The position numbers were made by a program, and so were the translations under genes. From Aulosira sp. ZfuVER01 (GTDB lineage: Bacteria > Cyanobacteriota > Cyanobacteriia > Cyanobacteriales > Nostocaceae), in the NCBI GenBank assembly GCA_034530615.2, contig JAVRCV020000068.1, forward strand, positions 1 to 64,000: DNA of 64,000 nt, written 5' to 3'. Positions 1-9,339 of this stretch are shown piece after piece. A model generated the notes under the pieces. That model was given only the letters and a program-made list of their open reading frames with translations. It was not told where the DNA came from and searched no databases. Every line of letters begins with the position of its first letter. Within the stretch, counting starts at the first letter, position 1.

Positions 1-93
1 CTTTTTCCTGAAGCTTTTAATTCCTCTTACCACCTCAAAATCAGCGAACGGACAGCTGAAATATTGCTTAACAATTTTTTTGAGCGTAGGTAG
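1..93 (+). CDS. Possible 3' end of a CDS starting before the window
   Basis: Frame +1 is open from base 1 to TAG at 91-93 (LFPEAFNSSYHLKISERTAEILLNNFFERR*). No family recognised. Confidence 0.3.
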   Translation, partial: LFPEAFNSSYHLKISERTAEILLNNFFERR

Positions 94-260
94 ATTGCGA
101 TCGCATCAACAAAATGTGGGATTTTTACCAATAAACGTGGTTTTATGAGTTTTATGAAGAATTTATCAAGCAAAAGCTCGTGATTTTACAATATATCTGC
201 ATAATTAGGCTTGAAATTGCTGTATATACAGTATTGTTTGACACAATTTGAGTTTTTAAG

Positions 261-479
261 ATGATGTATGTATCATTGGCTGTTCAAGCGCAAGTTCATC
301 CCCACAAACAAAATGATGTTGCAACAGATACTATTACAGGATGTATGATAATTTCAGTACCTATAATTTTAGTATTAATAGTTACTGGCTATCGCAAGGG
401 TAAAGCGCAAATTCACCACCGCCGAATTGCACATATAGAAAAGATGTGGCGCTTAAAAGCTCCAGAAAAAACGCCTTGA
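261..479 (+). CDS. Small single-TM hypothetical protein
   Basis: 72 aa ORF with a hydrophobic stretch (MIISVPIILVLIVTG) followed by a basic tail (YRK...RRIAHIEKMW). Confidence 0.55.
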   Translation: MMYVSLAVQAQVHPHKQNDVATDTITGCMIISVPIILVLIVTGYRKGKAQIHHRRIAHIEKMWRLKAPEKTP

Positions 480-552
480 TTGGTAACTATACCTAAAGAT
501 TGCAGTGTCAAAATGAATAGTATATGGCAATCCTAAATGATACGTGAACATG

Positions 553-699
553 AAAAACTCCACCCACAAGAGGATGGAGTTTTTGGGCATGGGGAATGGG
601 GCATGGGAAAGAGCCACCAATGCCCAATGTCCCAAGTTGGCGGGCGGCTATCCCTCTCCACCCACAAGAGGATGGAGTTTCTCACCGACTTCCAATGAA
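553..699 (+). mobile_element. Putative non-autonomous IS200/IS605-like (palindrome-associated) mini-element
   Basis: Identical imperfect hairpin CTCCACCCACAAGAGGATGGAGTTT at 558-582 and 656-680, flanking STRR-like GGGCATG/CCAATGC heptamers. A related inverted copy lies at about 28402-28468. Confidence 0.5.
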
Positions 700-1121
700 T
701 AAAGGTTCTAATGCTTGTACAGTAGGAATTTTTATCTCAATATTTGCTCGCGAATGATTTCGGATTGTTATAGAAGCTGTATTTACTCAGTATTAAAACA
801 GTTTAAGTATCTTCATTATGAGATCGAGGCTGGATATTCATTTTATATTGGCACTGCGATCGCAACTATTCAGTAATATTCCAATTACTAATTACCCATC
901 TCAACAGAGAGTATTAAGTGTTTAAGCGGATATGAGATGGGATAATTAGGGTGTCGAAAACGTACAAACTTCTTAAAACCGCAGGGCTGCATCTGCCTTT
1001 TTTATTGAGTGTAGCTGAAGAACGAGATTCGCAGCTACTACTCAAGATGGATTAATAGGCACGTGGCAAATGAATAAGATTAATTTGACACAGTCCTGCC
1101 TAAAAGCGAGGAAAACTTGCA

Positions 1122-1931
1122 ATGAAGGGATTAAAGGGAAAAAATGCGCTGATTACTGGCGCTAGTTCGGGGATTGGACAAGCGATCGCCATTCGACTAG
1201 CGCAAGAAGGTTGCAATATTGCCATCAACTACCGCAAAAGTCCCGAGGGTGCCGAAGAAACAGAAGAACTTGCAATGCAAACAGCTTGTGGACAAGTCGA
1301 AGAATGCGGTGTCAAATCCCTACTCGTTAAAGGTGACGTTTCCCAAGAAGCAGACATTATTGAGATGGTGAATACAGTTGTCGAGAAATTTGGCAGCTTA
1401 GATATTCTCATCAACAATGCCGGAATTCAGAAAGAATGCCCATCCCATGAAATCCCTACCAAAGATTTTGATAACATCTTATCTATAAATCTGCGCGGTG
1501 CTTTTCTGTGTGCCCGTGAAACAATAAAGCATTTGCTCTCTCAAAAGCGCTCTGGCATTATTATTAATATCTCTAGCGTTCACGAAATTATTCCTCGCCC
1601 TTTGTACGTTAGCTATTCGATTAGCAAAGGGGGAATGGAAAATATGACAAAAACACTAGCCCTAGAGTATGCCGAACAAGGAATTCGCGTCAATGCGATC
1701 GCACCCGGAGCAACGATTACACCAATCAATAAAGCTTGGACAGACGACCCAGAAAAAAAAGCGATTGTCGAAAGTCATATTCCAATGGGTCGCGCCGGCA
1801 CAGCAGAAGAAATGGCAGCAGCCGTTGCCTTTCTCGCCTCTGATGAAGCCGCCTACATCACAGGACAAACTCTATTTATTGATGGCGGACTAACGCTGTA
1901 TGCTGACTTCCGAGAAGCCTGGTCAGCCTAA
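1122..1931 (+). CDS. Glucose 1-dehydrogenase-like SDR oxidoreductase
   Basis: TGASSGIG Rossmann motif, NNAG, SSVHE, YSISK catalytic motif and YITGQTLFIDGG, typical of the Bacillus-type glucose dehydrogenase subfamily. Confidence 0.85.
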   Translation: MKGLKGKNALITGASSGIGQAIAIRLAQEGCNIAINYRKSPEGAEETEELAMQTACGQVEECGVKSLLVKGDVSQEADIIEMVNTVVEKFGSLDILINNAGIQKECPSHEIPTKDFDNILSINLRGAFLCARETIKHLLSQKRSGIIINISSVHEIIPRPLYVSYSISKGGMENMTKTLALEYAEQGIRVNAIAPGATITPINKAWTDDPEKKAIVESHIPMGRAGTAEEMAAAVAFLASDEAAYITGQTLFIDGGLTLYADFREAWSA

Positions 1932-1949
1932 ATTTTAGGGATGCAACTT

Positions 1950-2044
1950 ATACCAATTCAAAATTCAAAATTCAAAATTAAGAATCCAGACAGGACAATG
2001 GTTTGGATCTGTGTATCTGTCGCATTCTTTTTTCAAATTGGTAT
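1950..2044. mobile_element. MITE-like element with 9-bp terminal inverted repeats and internal AATTCAA heptamers
   Basis: ATACCAATT (1950-1958) and AATTGGTAT (2036-2044). Shares its 3' sequence ATCTGTYGCATTYTTTTTTCAAATTGGTAT with 44092-44192. Confidence 0.6.
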
Positions 2045-2083
2045 TAATACAGTATTTTATTAACTAGCCTATTCTCTTAGAAA

Positions 2084-2130
2084 ACTCTGCGTACCTTTGC
2101 GCTGACTCGGCGTACCTCTGCGTTTAAAAC
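2084..2130 (+). repeat. Dispersed CTCTGCGT-type repeat cluster
   Basis: CTCTGCGTACCTTTGCG...CTCGGCGTACCTCTGCGTTTAAAACT. An inverted relative lies at about 23408-23455. Confidence 0.55.
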
Positions 2131-2153
2131 TCTTCTAAACATCCAAAAAATTA

Positions 2154-3032
2154 ATGAATGCTGCACAGTACTCACCAAAAAACATTCTCGAAGTCAGAAC
2201 ACGTCTAGGAGAAGGGCCTTGTTGGCATCAAGATGAGCAACTACTGTACTGGGTTGATATCTACAATCATCGAGTCCACCAGTTTAATCCAGCTACTAAT
2301 GCTCATAAATTTTTTGATGTCGGTGAAGTCGTAGGTTGTATTGCACCAGCAGGAACTAATAGACTAATTATGGCTCAACGCCGCCGCCTAGCTTTTTTAG
2401 ATACCAGTAACAGTAAAGTTACGCCAATTCTTACAATAGAGGATAACGAGCCAGACACCCGCCTCAACGATGGTAAGTGTGACGCAGCTGGGCGTTTTTG
2501 GTTTGGCTCAATGAATACTAGTGGCCCCAAAGGTTGTCTGTACCGTTACGATCCCAATGGTTCTTTACACAAACTAGAAACTGGACTGACAATATCCAAT
2601 GGGCTAGGGTGGAGTCCAGACAATAACACTTTTTATCTGACTGATTCGCCCCTTAAAACTATCTATGCTTTTGATTTCGATGCTGAAACTGGCAGTATTA
2701 GCAACCGTCGAGTATTCATTGATTTAAATACTGAATCCTTCTATCCCGATGGTTTAACAATAGATGGGGAAGGTTGTATTTGGTCAGCCATGTGGGACGG
2801 CTGGTGTATTATTCGGTTTGACCCTTCTGGTAAAGAGATGATGCGAGTGATAATGCCCGTTCAACGCCCAACTTGCTGCACTTTTGGCAATGCAGATTTA
2901 ATGACACTTTACATTACTACAGCCTCAGTCGGGTTAAGTGAGGCAGAAATTCAAAACAGCTTCTATTCTGGCGACTTATTTAGCTTACCAACCAAAATCT
3001 CCGGCTTGCCCACTTATCATTTTAAGGGATGA
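2154..3032 (+). CDS. SMP-30/gluconolactonase/LRE family protein
   Basis: LGEGPCW, LYWVDI, RLNDGKCD..GRFWFGSM, SNGLGWSPD and PDGLTIDGEG motifs. Confidence 0.92.
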   Translation: MNAAQYSPKNILEVRTRLGEGPCWHQDEQLLYWVDIYNHRVHQFNPATNAHKFFDVGEVVGCIAPAGTNRLIMAQRRRLAFLDTSNSKVTPILTIEDNEPDTRLNDGKCDAAGRFWFGSMNTSGPKGCLYRYDPNGSLHKLETGLTISNGLGWSPDNNTFYLTDSPLKTIYAFDFDAETGSISNRRVFIDLNTESFYPDGLTIDGEGCIWSAMWDGWCIIRFDPSGKEMMRVIMPVQRPTCCTFGNADLMTLYITTASVGLSEAEIQNSFYSGDLFSLPTKISGLPTYHFKG

Positions 3033-3134
3033 GAATCTGAGTATAAGTTTACAAATCAAACTAGGATAGCTATATGCCGATCGATAAGTACTTTGAGTTA
3101 CCGTGGTTTCTCAAAACTCAACTGAGATTGCTAT

Positions 3135-4115
3135 ATGCTAATTCTGCTCACCTTTTCTCAGAATCACCTGGAAGTATTCACCAGTTGGGATGTCAATGCA
3201 GTACTGGAAAGGATTGGTAGTTCTGACAATATCTGGTTGCGCTGTATTCAATTTCGCGATCGCACTGCAATTGGCAAAATTATCCAGCACTTTGGCCTCA
3301 AGCCATCTCGTGTTGACATGATTTTTAATCATTATCAGATGGGAATTGATGATGACATCGAAGATTGTTTATTTGACAACTACGAAATTCTCACTCATCA
3401 AAAACAAAATAGAGAATTCGAGGTTGCACGTGGCACTATTGTAGTTGGTAACAATTTTATCATCACATTTGAAATCCCTGAAGTTAAAATATTAAGCGCA
3501 TTAAGTACCAATATTCAAAAGCGAACTATAGATATTCAAAATTTAGGAATTGACTATCTTTTTTATCTAATTTTTAAAGATATTTTGAATAGTTACTATA
3601 CTGTATTTGACTATATTTCTAGACAACTTGATGATTTAGAAGATGAAGTTTTAGCCAACTCTGGCGATGAATCAACATACCAAAAAATTGCCGCGATGAG
3701 GCAATCTACTCGCTTTGGTCGCCGGAATTTTCAAAGCATCAAATCGCTGCTGGCGATGATGAATTACGAGGATTTTCAATGGCTGAGTCAGCCAGTCAAG
3801 GAACTATTCAATCAAGAATTGGTTCATCACACCGATAAACTTTGGCAAGAATATCAATCCTTAAGAACTTGGATGTCAGAATTAATGGAAATTCAACGCG
3901 ATAATATTGCTAGCAAAACCAGCGAACGAATTAATCGTTTAACTATGCTCTCGACTGTATTTTTACCAATCACTTTCATTGCTGGCGTTTATGGAATGAA
4001 CTTTAAATATATGCCAGAATTAGATCAACCTTGGGCTTATCCGGCTGTGATAGGTGTGATGGTCTTAATTGTGATTGGTAGTATTCTGTATGTTAAACAA
4101 CAACGCTGGTTGTAG
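3135..4115 (+). CDS. corA: CorA-family divalent cation (Mg/Co) transporter
   Basis: C-terminal two TM helices with the signature FLPITFIAGVYGMNFKYMPEL. Confidence 0.88.
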   Translation: MLILLTFSQNHLEVFTSWDVNAVLERIGSSDNIWLRCIQFRDRTAIGKIIQHFGLKPSRVDMIFNHYQMGIDDDIEDCLFDNYEILTHQKQNREFEVARGTIVVGNNFIITFEIPEVKILSALSTNIQKRTIDIQNLGIDYLFYLIFKDILNSYYTVFDYISRQLDDLEDEVLANSGDESTYQKIAAMRQSTRFGRRNFQSIKSLLAMMNYEDFQWLSQPVKELFNQELVHHTDKLWQEYQSLRTWMSELMEIQRDNIASKTSERINRLTMLSTVFLPITFIAGVYGMNFKYMPELDQPWAYPAVIGVMVLIVIGSILYVKQQRWL

Positions 4116-4118
4116 TAT

Positions 4119-6290
4119 TTATAACTTGGTAAACAATTGATTACTTGATAATTGTTGCGTCTTTTCCATCAGAATATTTTGCGCACTACGTTCTAGCTCA
4201 TCTTGCTCGGGACGACGTTGAATATAGGAACCATCTGACTGTAGTTCCCAAGCGTGTCGATTATCTGCCAACATAATTGCTAAGATATTTTGTAAGTTTT
4301 GTATAATCTCCACATCTTCAACTGGTGTAACTGCTTCCACACGGCGATCTAAGTTACGAGGCATCCAGTCAGCACTACCAATATATACTTCATTTTGTTC
4401 ATTATTAGAGAAGTAAAATATCCGCGAATGTTCTAAAAAACGCCCGATTATACTAATAACGCGAATATTCTCACTAACTTCAGGAATCCCAGGACGCAAA
4501 CAACAAATACCTCGGATAATCAAGTCAATTTGCACACCAGCTTGAGAAGCTGCGTATAAAGCAGCAATAATCTGAGCATCAACCAAAGAATTCATTTTAG
4601 TGATAATATGACCTCTGTTGCCGTTTTTACAGTGTTCGATTTCTCTGGAGATCAAAGCTATAATGCGATCGCGCATATTCACAGGAGACACTAGCAACTT
4701 GCGGTAAGATTCTTGACAAGAATATCCCGTCAAATAATTAAATAAATCGGTTAAATCTGCTCCTAAATCTTCTCGACAACTTAGTAGCCCCACATCAGTA
4801 TATAAATTAGCAGTTTTAGCATTATAATTTCCCGTACCAATATGCACATATCGCCGGATATTTTCTCCTTCCTGACGTACTACCAGTGCAATTTTTGTGT
4901 GAGTCTTGAGTCCTACTAATCCATAGATTACATGAACACCAGATTTTTCTAATTTAGTTGCCCAAGTAATATTATTTTCTTCATCAAAACGAGCTTTAAG
5001 TTCTACAAGCACAGCAACTTGTTTACCACTTGCCGCAGCATTAATCAGAGAACTGATAATATCAGAATCTCCAGAAGTGCGATAAAGTGTCATTTTGATT
5101 GCTAATACATGAGGATCGCGAGCTGCTTGGGCGATAAATAATTCTACAGAAGCCCTAAAAGATTCGTAAGGATGATGTACTAGCAAATCCTTTTGCTGAA
5201 TTACCGAAAAAATGCTGTTTTCCTGCCCATCTATGTTGGCAATTTTACTCGGTTGATGGAAATGGCGCAAACGAGGTGGAATAACTGATGTCCAAGTTGG
5301 ATCTTTTAATTCCGGCAAAGGCAACTTCATAAACGACATCAAATCTTTCAAATTGAGTAAGCCGTCTATTTCATAAATATCACTCTCAGCCAAGTCCATT
5401 TCTGTTATCAACATCTGTCGTACTGACTGAGGCATTGATGGTTGGATTTCTAATCGGACTACAGAACCACCAAAGTGACGCTTACGTAATTCCTGCTGAA
5501 TTGCTAATAATAAGTCATCAGCTTCTTCTTCTGCTACTTCTAAATCAGCATCACGAGTTAAGCGAAATATATGATATTCCTTAATAATCATCCCTGGAAA
5601 TAAAGCTTCTAAGTTGTGAGCAATAATCTGCTCTATAGAAACACCTGTCCAGTGATTTAACTTGCCGTTCTGTAGTTGCAATTCCTGAGGTATGGCAATA
5701 AACCGAGGTAAAATATTTGGGACTTTAACCCTAGCAAACTTTTCTTCTCCTGTGTTTCTAGCTCTGACTACCACTGCTAAATTAAGGCTAAGATTTGCCA
5801 TCAAAGGGAAAGGATGACTGGGATCGACTGCTAGAGGAGTCAGAACTGGAAAAATCTTTTTTTGAAATATTTGTTGTAGGTAACTACGCTGTTCTGGACT
5901 AATATCAATGTAATTTAGAAGATGAATACCATGCGCTGCCATTTCTGGACGCAGCACCTGCTCAAAGTAACGATGCTGTTCAATTACCATTGGATGCAGG
6001 CATTGATAGATTGCTGCTAATTGTTGTTGTGGGGTTCGTCCATCAATGGTTTGCTGACTTAGCTGCGCTTCAACTTGTTCTTTGAGAATGGCAACACGAA
6101 CCATAAAAAATTCATCTAAATTAGAACTGAAGATAGCAGTAAATTTCAGCCTTTCTAGTAATGGAGTGCGCCTATCTAGCGCCTCATGTAAAACCCGCCG
6201 ATTAAATTCCAGCCAGCTTAGTTCGCGATTTAAGTAATATCGAGAATCGCTCAAATCAATATCTTTGCTCGCCTTTTTTGTTTTACTCAT
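4119..6290 (-). CDS. ppk1: Polyphosphate kinase 1
   Basis: NRELSWLEFNRRVL, NLDEFFMVRVA, HHPYES, ELKARFDEENN, KTHTK, GTGNYN and SADWMPRNLDRRVE motifs. ATG at 6290 preferred over TTG at 6305. Confidence 0.96.
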   Translation of the reverse strand: MSKTKKASKDIDLSDSRYYLNRELSWLEFNRRVLHEALDRRTPLLERLKFTAIFSSNLDEFFMVRVAILKEQVEAQLSQQTIDGRTPQQQLAAIYQCLHPMVIEQHRYFEQVLRPEMAAHGIHLLNYIDISPEQRSYLQQIFQKKIFPVLTPLAVDPSHPFPLMANLSLNLAVVVRARNTGEEKFARVKVPNILPRFIAIPQELQLQNGKLNHWTGVSIEQIIAHNLEALFPGMIIKEYHIFRLTRDADLEVAEEEADDLLLAIQQELRKRHFGGSVVRLEIQPSMPQSVRQMLITEMDLAESDIYEIDGLLNLKDLMSFMKLPLPELKDPTWTSVIPPRLRHFHQPSKIANIDGQENSIFSVIQQKDLLVHHPYESFRASVELFIAQAARDPHVLAIKMTLYRTSGDSDIISSLINAAASGKQVAVLVELKARFDEENNITWATKLEKSGVHVIYGLVGLKTHTKIALVVRQEGENIRRYVHIGTGNYNAKTANLYTDVGLLSCREDLGADLTDLFNYLTGYSCQESYRKLLVSPVNMRDRIIALISREIEHCKNGNRGHIITKMNSLVDAQIIAALYAASQAGVQIDLIIRGICCLRPGIPEVSENIRVISIIGRFLEHSRIFYFSNNEQNEVYIGSADWMPRNLDRRVEAVTPVEDVEIIQNLQNILAIMLADNRHAWELQSDGSYIQRRPEQDELERSAQNILMEKTQQLSSNQLFTKL

Positions 6291-6505
6291 AATGATTTTT
6301 AGCAAATTTAAATGATTTAAACAGAATTATTTTTACCTTACGATACCATGTGCTAATTCTTTTAAATCAACTAGCTTTCATTTTTGCATTGCACATAAAC
6401 AAAGCTAACTTTTTTGTTAGTATGTTGGTTTAATTCTAATTAAATTTAGGTTAAATTAGGGTAAATGATAAATTTAAAGATAGATTACAATCAATCTCAA
6501 CTACA

Positions 6506-6970
6506 ATGGCAGCAGAAATAGAGCGAAAATTTTTAGTCGCAGGAGATAGCTGGAGAAAGCTAGCTGAGGGTAGCCGATTTGTTCAGGGATATATTTCTAC
6601 AGCAAAACAAGCTACTGTACGTGTCCGTATAGTAGGAAACCAAGGTTACTTAACAATTAAGGGAATTAGCGTCAAATATACCAGGTCTGAGTTTGAGTAT
6701 CCGATTCCGCTTGCAGATGCGCAAGAAATGCTCGATACTTTGTGCGATCGCCCTTTAATCGAAAAAGTTAGATATAAGATAGAGTACGGTAATTTAATTT
6801 GGGAAATAGATGAGTTTGATGGTGTCAATAAAGGACTGATATTAGCCGAAGTGGAACTTAGCGATGAACAACAACAGATTGAATTACCAACCTGGATTGG
6901 CGAGGAAGTTTCCGACAACCCCAAGTATTACAACAGCAATTTAGTCAAACATCCTTTTTCCCAATGGTAA
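6506..6970 (+). CDS. CYTH-domain (triphosphate tunnel metalloenzyme) protein
   Basis: N-terminal EIERKFLV, VRVR, RSEFEYPIP, WEIDEF, LAEVEL and YYNSNL motifs. Confidence 0.92.
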   Translation: MAAEIERKFLVAGDSWRKLAEGSRFVQGYISTAKQATVRVRIVGNQGYLTIKGISVKYTRSEFEYPIPLADAQEMLDTLCDRPLIEKVRYKIEYGNLIWEIDEFDGVNKGLILAEVELSDEQQQIELPTWIGEEVSDNPKYYNSNLVKHPFSQW

Positions 6971-6978
6971 TACCAGGA

Positions 6979-7006
6979 TAGGGGCACAAAATTGTTGTGC
7001 CCTTAC
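6979..7006. repeat. REP-like palindrome between convergent genes (possible bidirectional terminator)
   Basis: TAGGGGCACAA-AATTG-TTGTGCCCTTAC imperfect inverted repeat. Confidence 0.55.
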
Positions 7007-7042
7007 GAATAATTTATGTGTTGCAAACCACCGAACACGATA

Positions 7043-9184
7043 TTATTGGTGCTCCAATAAATGTTGAATATAATGCACGATCGCCTCTGCGGTTGGTACA
7101 TTAGTTGCTAGTAAAACTTGGTTAATATTGCAACTCCTCAACAGTGCTTCTTCATTAGCTTGTCCAGGCTGAGGTACCAGAAAATCTCTGAGGAAAATTA
7201 CTGCTAAGGTGTCTCCTGAGTTCACTAATGAATTAATTGTTTGATATCCTCCAGAAGTGGCTGCTGGAATTTGTTGGCTAATAGTTATACCTGCTTGTTG
7301 ACGTAAAACTTCACTAATAGATGGCCAGGCCACAGTCATACATTTTGAGAAAAATTCTTGATGCTGAGTTACAAAATCAGCTAGTTCTGATTTTTTGCTT
7401 TCGTGAGCGATGAGAACTATGTTTTTTTGCTCGATCATTTGCTGCGGCTCACTCACAGGTAATTCCTCAACAATTTCATCAGATTGTGCTATTTCTGCTC
7501 CAAAAATTTCTTCCAATGTTTGACTAATTGACTCGGCAGTTGAACTAGTTAATTCCGGCATGGTTTCATCTTCTAGTTCTTCAGTCATGGGACTAGATAT
7601 AACATCCAGTTTTTCTGTTATTTCTAAAGACTCAATATTAGTTGATTCTGAGGATTCATCGACTGTTGAAAGTAAAAATTCAACAGCTTCTAGCGTTTCT
7701 AAATTTCTACTTTCTGCAATTACTTCTTCCGTATTTATGGGACTTACATTAACGTCTTGATTGCTTAATGCTTCTACTTCGCTAACTTCGCTGATTTCCC
7801 CAGGTGTTTCAAGTTCAATAACAGTCTCTGGAACTGTTTCAACTATTGCTACTTCATCAGTACTGATGTCAGCAACTTGATTACTCATAGATGGCGATAC
7901 TTCAGGCTCTATTTCTGATGATTCACTAACTATGTCTTCATGGCTAAACTCTGGAGTAAAGCTATTTACAAATTCTGGGGCTTCTACTGCTGCAATATCT
8001 ACTCTGAACTCATCTACAGCATCAGTATTAATAGCTTCACCGATTTCGCTCACCGCTTCTGGTTGTTGGCTAACAAGATCGCGTGGTTGCACATTGGTAA
8101 ATTCTTGGAGAATTTCCGCGACATCTAGAGGAACTTTGCTCACTACTTCTGGTTGTTGGCTGACAAGATCGCGTGGTTGCACATTGGTAAATTCTTGGAG
8201 AATTTCCGCATCCCAATCAATGTCTTGCTCATTGATATCTGCGGGAACTTCACTCACCGCCTGAGATGGTTGGATAACTATACTACGTGGCTGGACAATG
8301 GTAAATTCTTGCGGAATTTCCGCATCCCAATCAATATCTTCCTCGTTAATATTAGAGGAAACTTCACTCACCGCCTCTGGTACAGGGCTAATTAAATCCT
8401 GGGGTTGTATGAATGTGGCTTCTTCTGCGGCTGGAACTTCACTCACCGCCTCTGGTACAGGGCTAATTAAATCTTGGGGTTGTATGAATGTGGCTTCTTC
8501 TGGGATTGGAACTTCACTCACCGCCTCTGCCTGGGGTTGTATGAAAGTGGCTTCTTCTGCAACTGGTGTACCTGCATCAACACCTTGCTCGCTCACAAAT
8601 GCAGGAACTTCGTTGACTGGTTGAGGAGTTTCAATGATGTTTTCTAGTGTGTTAATTGCCTCTTCTAATTCTGAAATTTCTACTTCGCTTTGAGGTTGAC
8701 TAAGTTCTTCAGACGATTCTGAACTAACCTGCTGTGGAACTTCGCTAATTACCTCTGGTGCTGGACGATCGACAATATTAATGTTGACATTTTCATCACT
8801 TCGCCAACCGGAAAAGAGTGCCGGATCGATAGTTCTAAATACTGTCTCTGGCAATTGTTCCGACAAAGGCATCATATCTTCTATTGTCATCACATAATCG
8901 CCAATCCGGATAACGTCTTTATCTTTCAACAAGAATGGTCTATTTTTTTCAGCTAATTTACCATTAATTATTGAGCCATTTCTACTACCAAGGTCGCAGA
9001 AATAGTAATTTCCACTTTGAATAAAGAACTTGCCGTGCACCCTACTAACATCAGGGCTGTCTAAGACTAAATCGGCATCAGGAGAACGACCGATAATGCA
9101 TTCTCCTTTTGGTGTAGTTGCTAACGCTAAATCAAGTTCGTTAACTTCATTTAGTGTTGGTGAGTAGTTAACTTTTACTTTCAT
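7043..9184 (-). CDS. FHA domain + acidic repeat linker + degenerate methylglyoxal synthase (MGS)-like domain
   Basis: FHA motifs IGRSPDADLVL, VSRVHG, DLGSRNGS. C-terminal IVLIAHESKK...AVIFLRD...LATNVPTAEA resembles MgsA. ATG overlaps the upstream TGA (ATGA, 9184-9181). Confidence 0.85.
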   Translation of the reverse strand: MKVKVNYSPTLNEVNELDLALATTPKGECIIGRSPDADLVLDSPDVSRVHGKFFIQSGNYYFCDLGSRNGSIINGKLAEKNRPFLLKDKDVIRIGDYVMTIEDMMPLSEQLPETVFRTIDPALFSGWRSDENVNINIVDRPAPEVISEVPQQVSSESSEELSQPQSEVEISELEEAINTLENIIETPQPVNEVPAFVSEQGVDAGTPVAEEATFIQPQAEAVSEVPIPEEATFIQPQDLISPVPEAVSEVPAAEEATFIQPQDLISPVPEAVSEVSSNINEEDIDWDAEIPQEFTIVQPRSIVIQPSQAVSEVPADINEQDIDWDAEILQEFTNVQPRDLVSQQPEVVSKVPLDVAEILQEFTNVQPRDLVSQQPEAVSEIGEAINTDAVDEFRVDIAAVEAPEFVNSFTPEFSHEDIVSESSEIEPEVSPSMSNQVADISTDEVAIVETVPETVIELETPGEISEVSEVEALSNQDVNVSPINTEEVIAESRNLETLEAVEFLLSTVDESSESTNIESLEITEKLDVISSPMTEELEDETMPELTSSTAESISQTLEEIFGAEIAQSDEIVEELPVSEPQQMIEQKNIVLIAHESKKSELADFVTQHQEFFSKCMTVAWPSISEVLRQQAGITISQQIPAATSGGYQTINSLVNSGDTLAVIFLRDFLVPQPGQANEEALLRSCNINQVLLATNVPTAEAIVHYIQHLLEHQ
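8050..8560 (-). repeat. Intragenic tandem repeats (75, 90 and 111 nt periods) in the FHA protein linker
   Basis: EEATFIQPQDLISPVPEAVSEV units (acttcactca at 8361, 8436, 8511), EILQEFTNVQPRDLVSQQPE x2 and DIDWDAEI x2. Confidence 0.85.
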
Positions 9185-9339
9185 AATAATTTTTCGTTAA
9201 TTTTATTAATTTCTGTAACCCAGCGCTGACGGGTTTTATGCTCTAAATTTAAAATATCATTTTGTGACCAGTGGAAATGATAAGCAATGAAAGCTACCTC
9301 CTCATATAGAGTATCAGAGGGGTAGCTTACGACTCCCCC
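9181..9339 (-). CDS. DUF6760-like C-terminal extension of the tail assembly chaperone, expressed by a predicted -1 frameshift (not in the ORF track)
   Basis: The -1 frame reads GGVVSYPSDTLYEEVAFIAYHFHWSQNDILNLEHKTRQRWVTEINKINEKLL*. No ATG/GTG/TTG lies between the upstream in-frame TAG (9369-9367) and its stop. It overlaps the chaperone end at GCG GGG GAG TCG TAA. Confidence 0.8.
   Translation of the reverse strand, partial: GGVVSYPSDTLYEEVAFIAYHFHWSQNDILNLEHKTRQRWVTEINKINEKLL

Noticed and set aside
453..635. 60-aa minus-strand ORF
   Set aside because: Derived from STRR heptamers and the hairpin element.
7560..8624. Several plus-strand ORFs with repeated peptides
   Set aside because: Antisense shadows of the FHA protein's repeat region.
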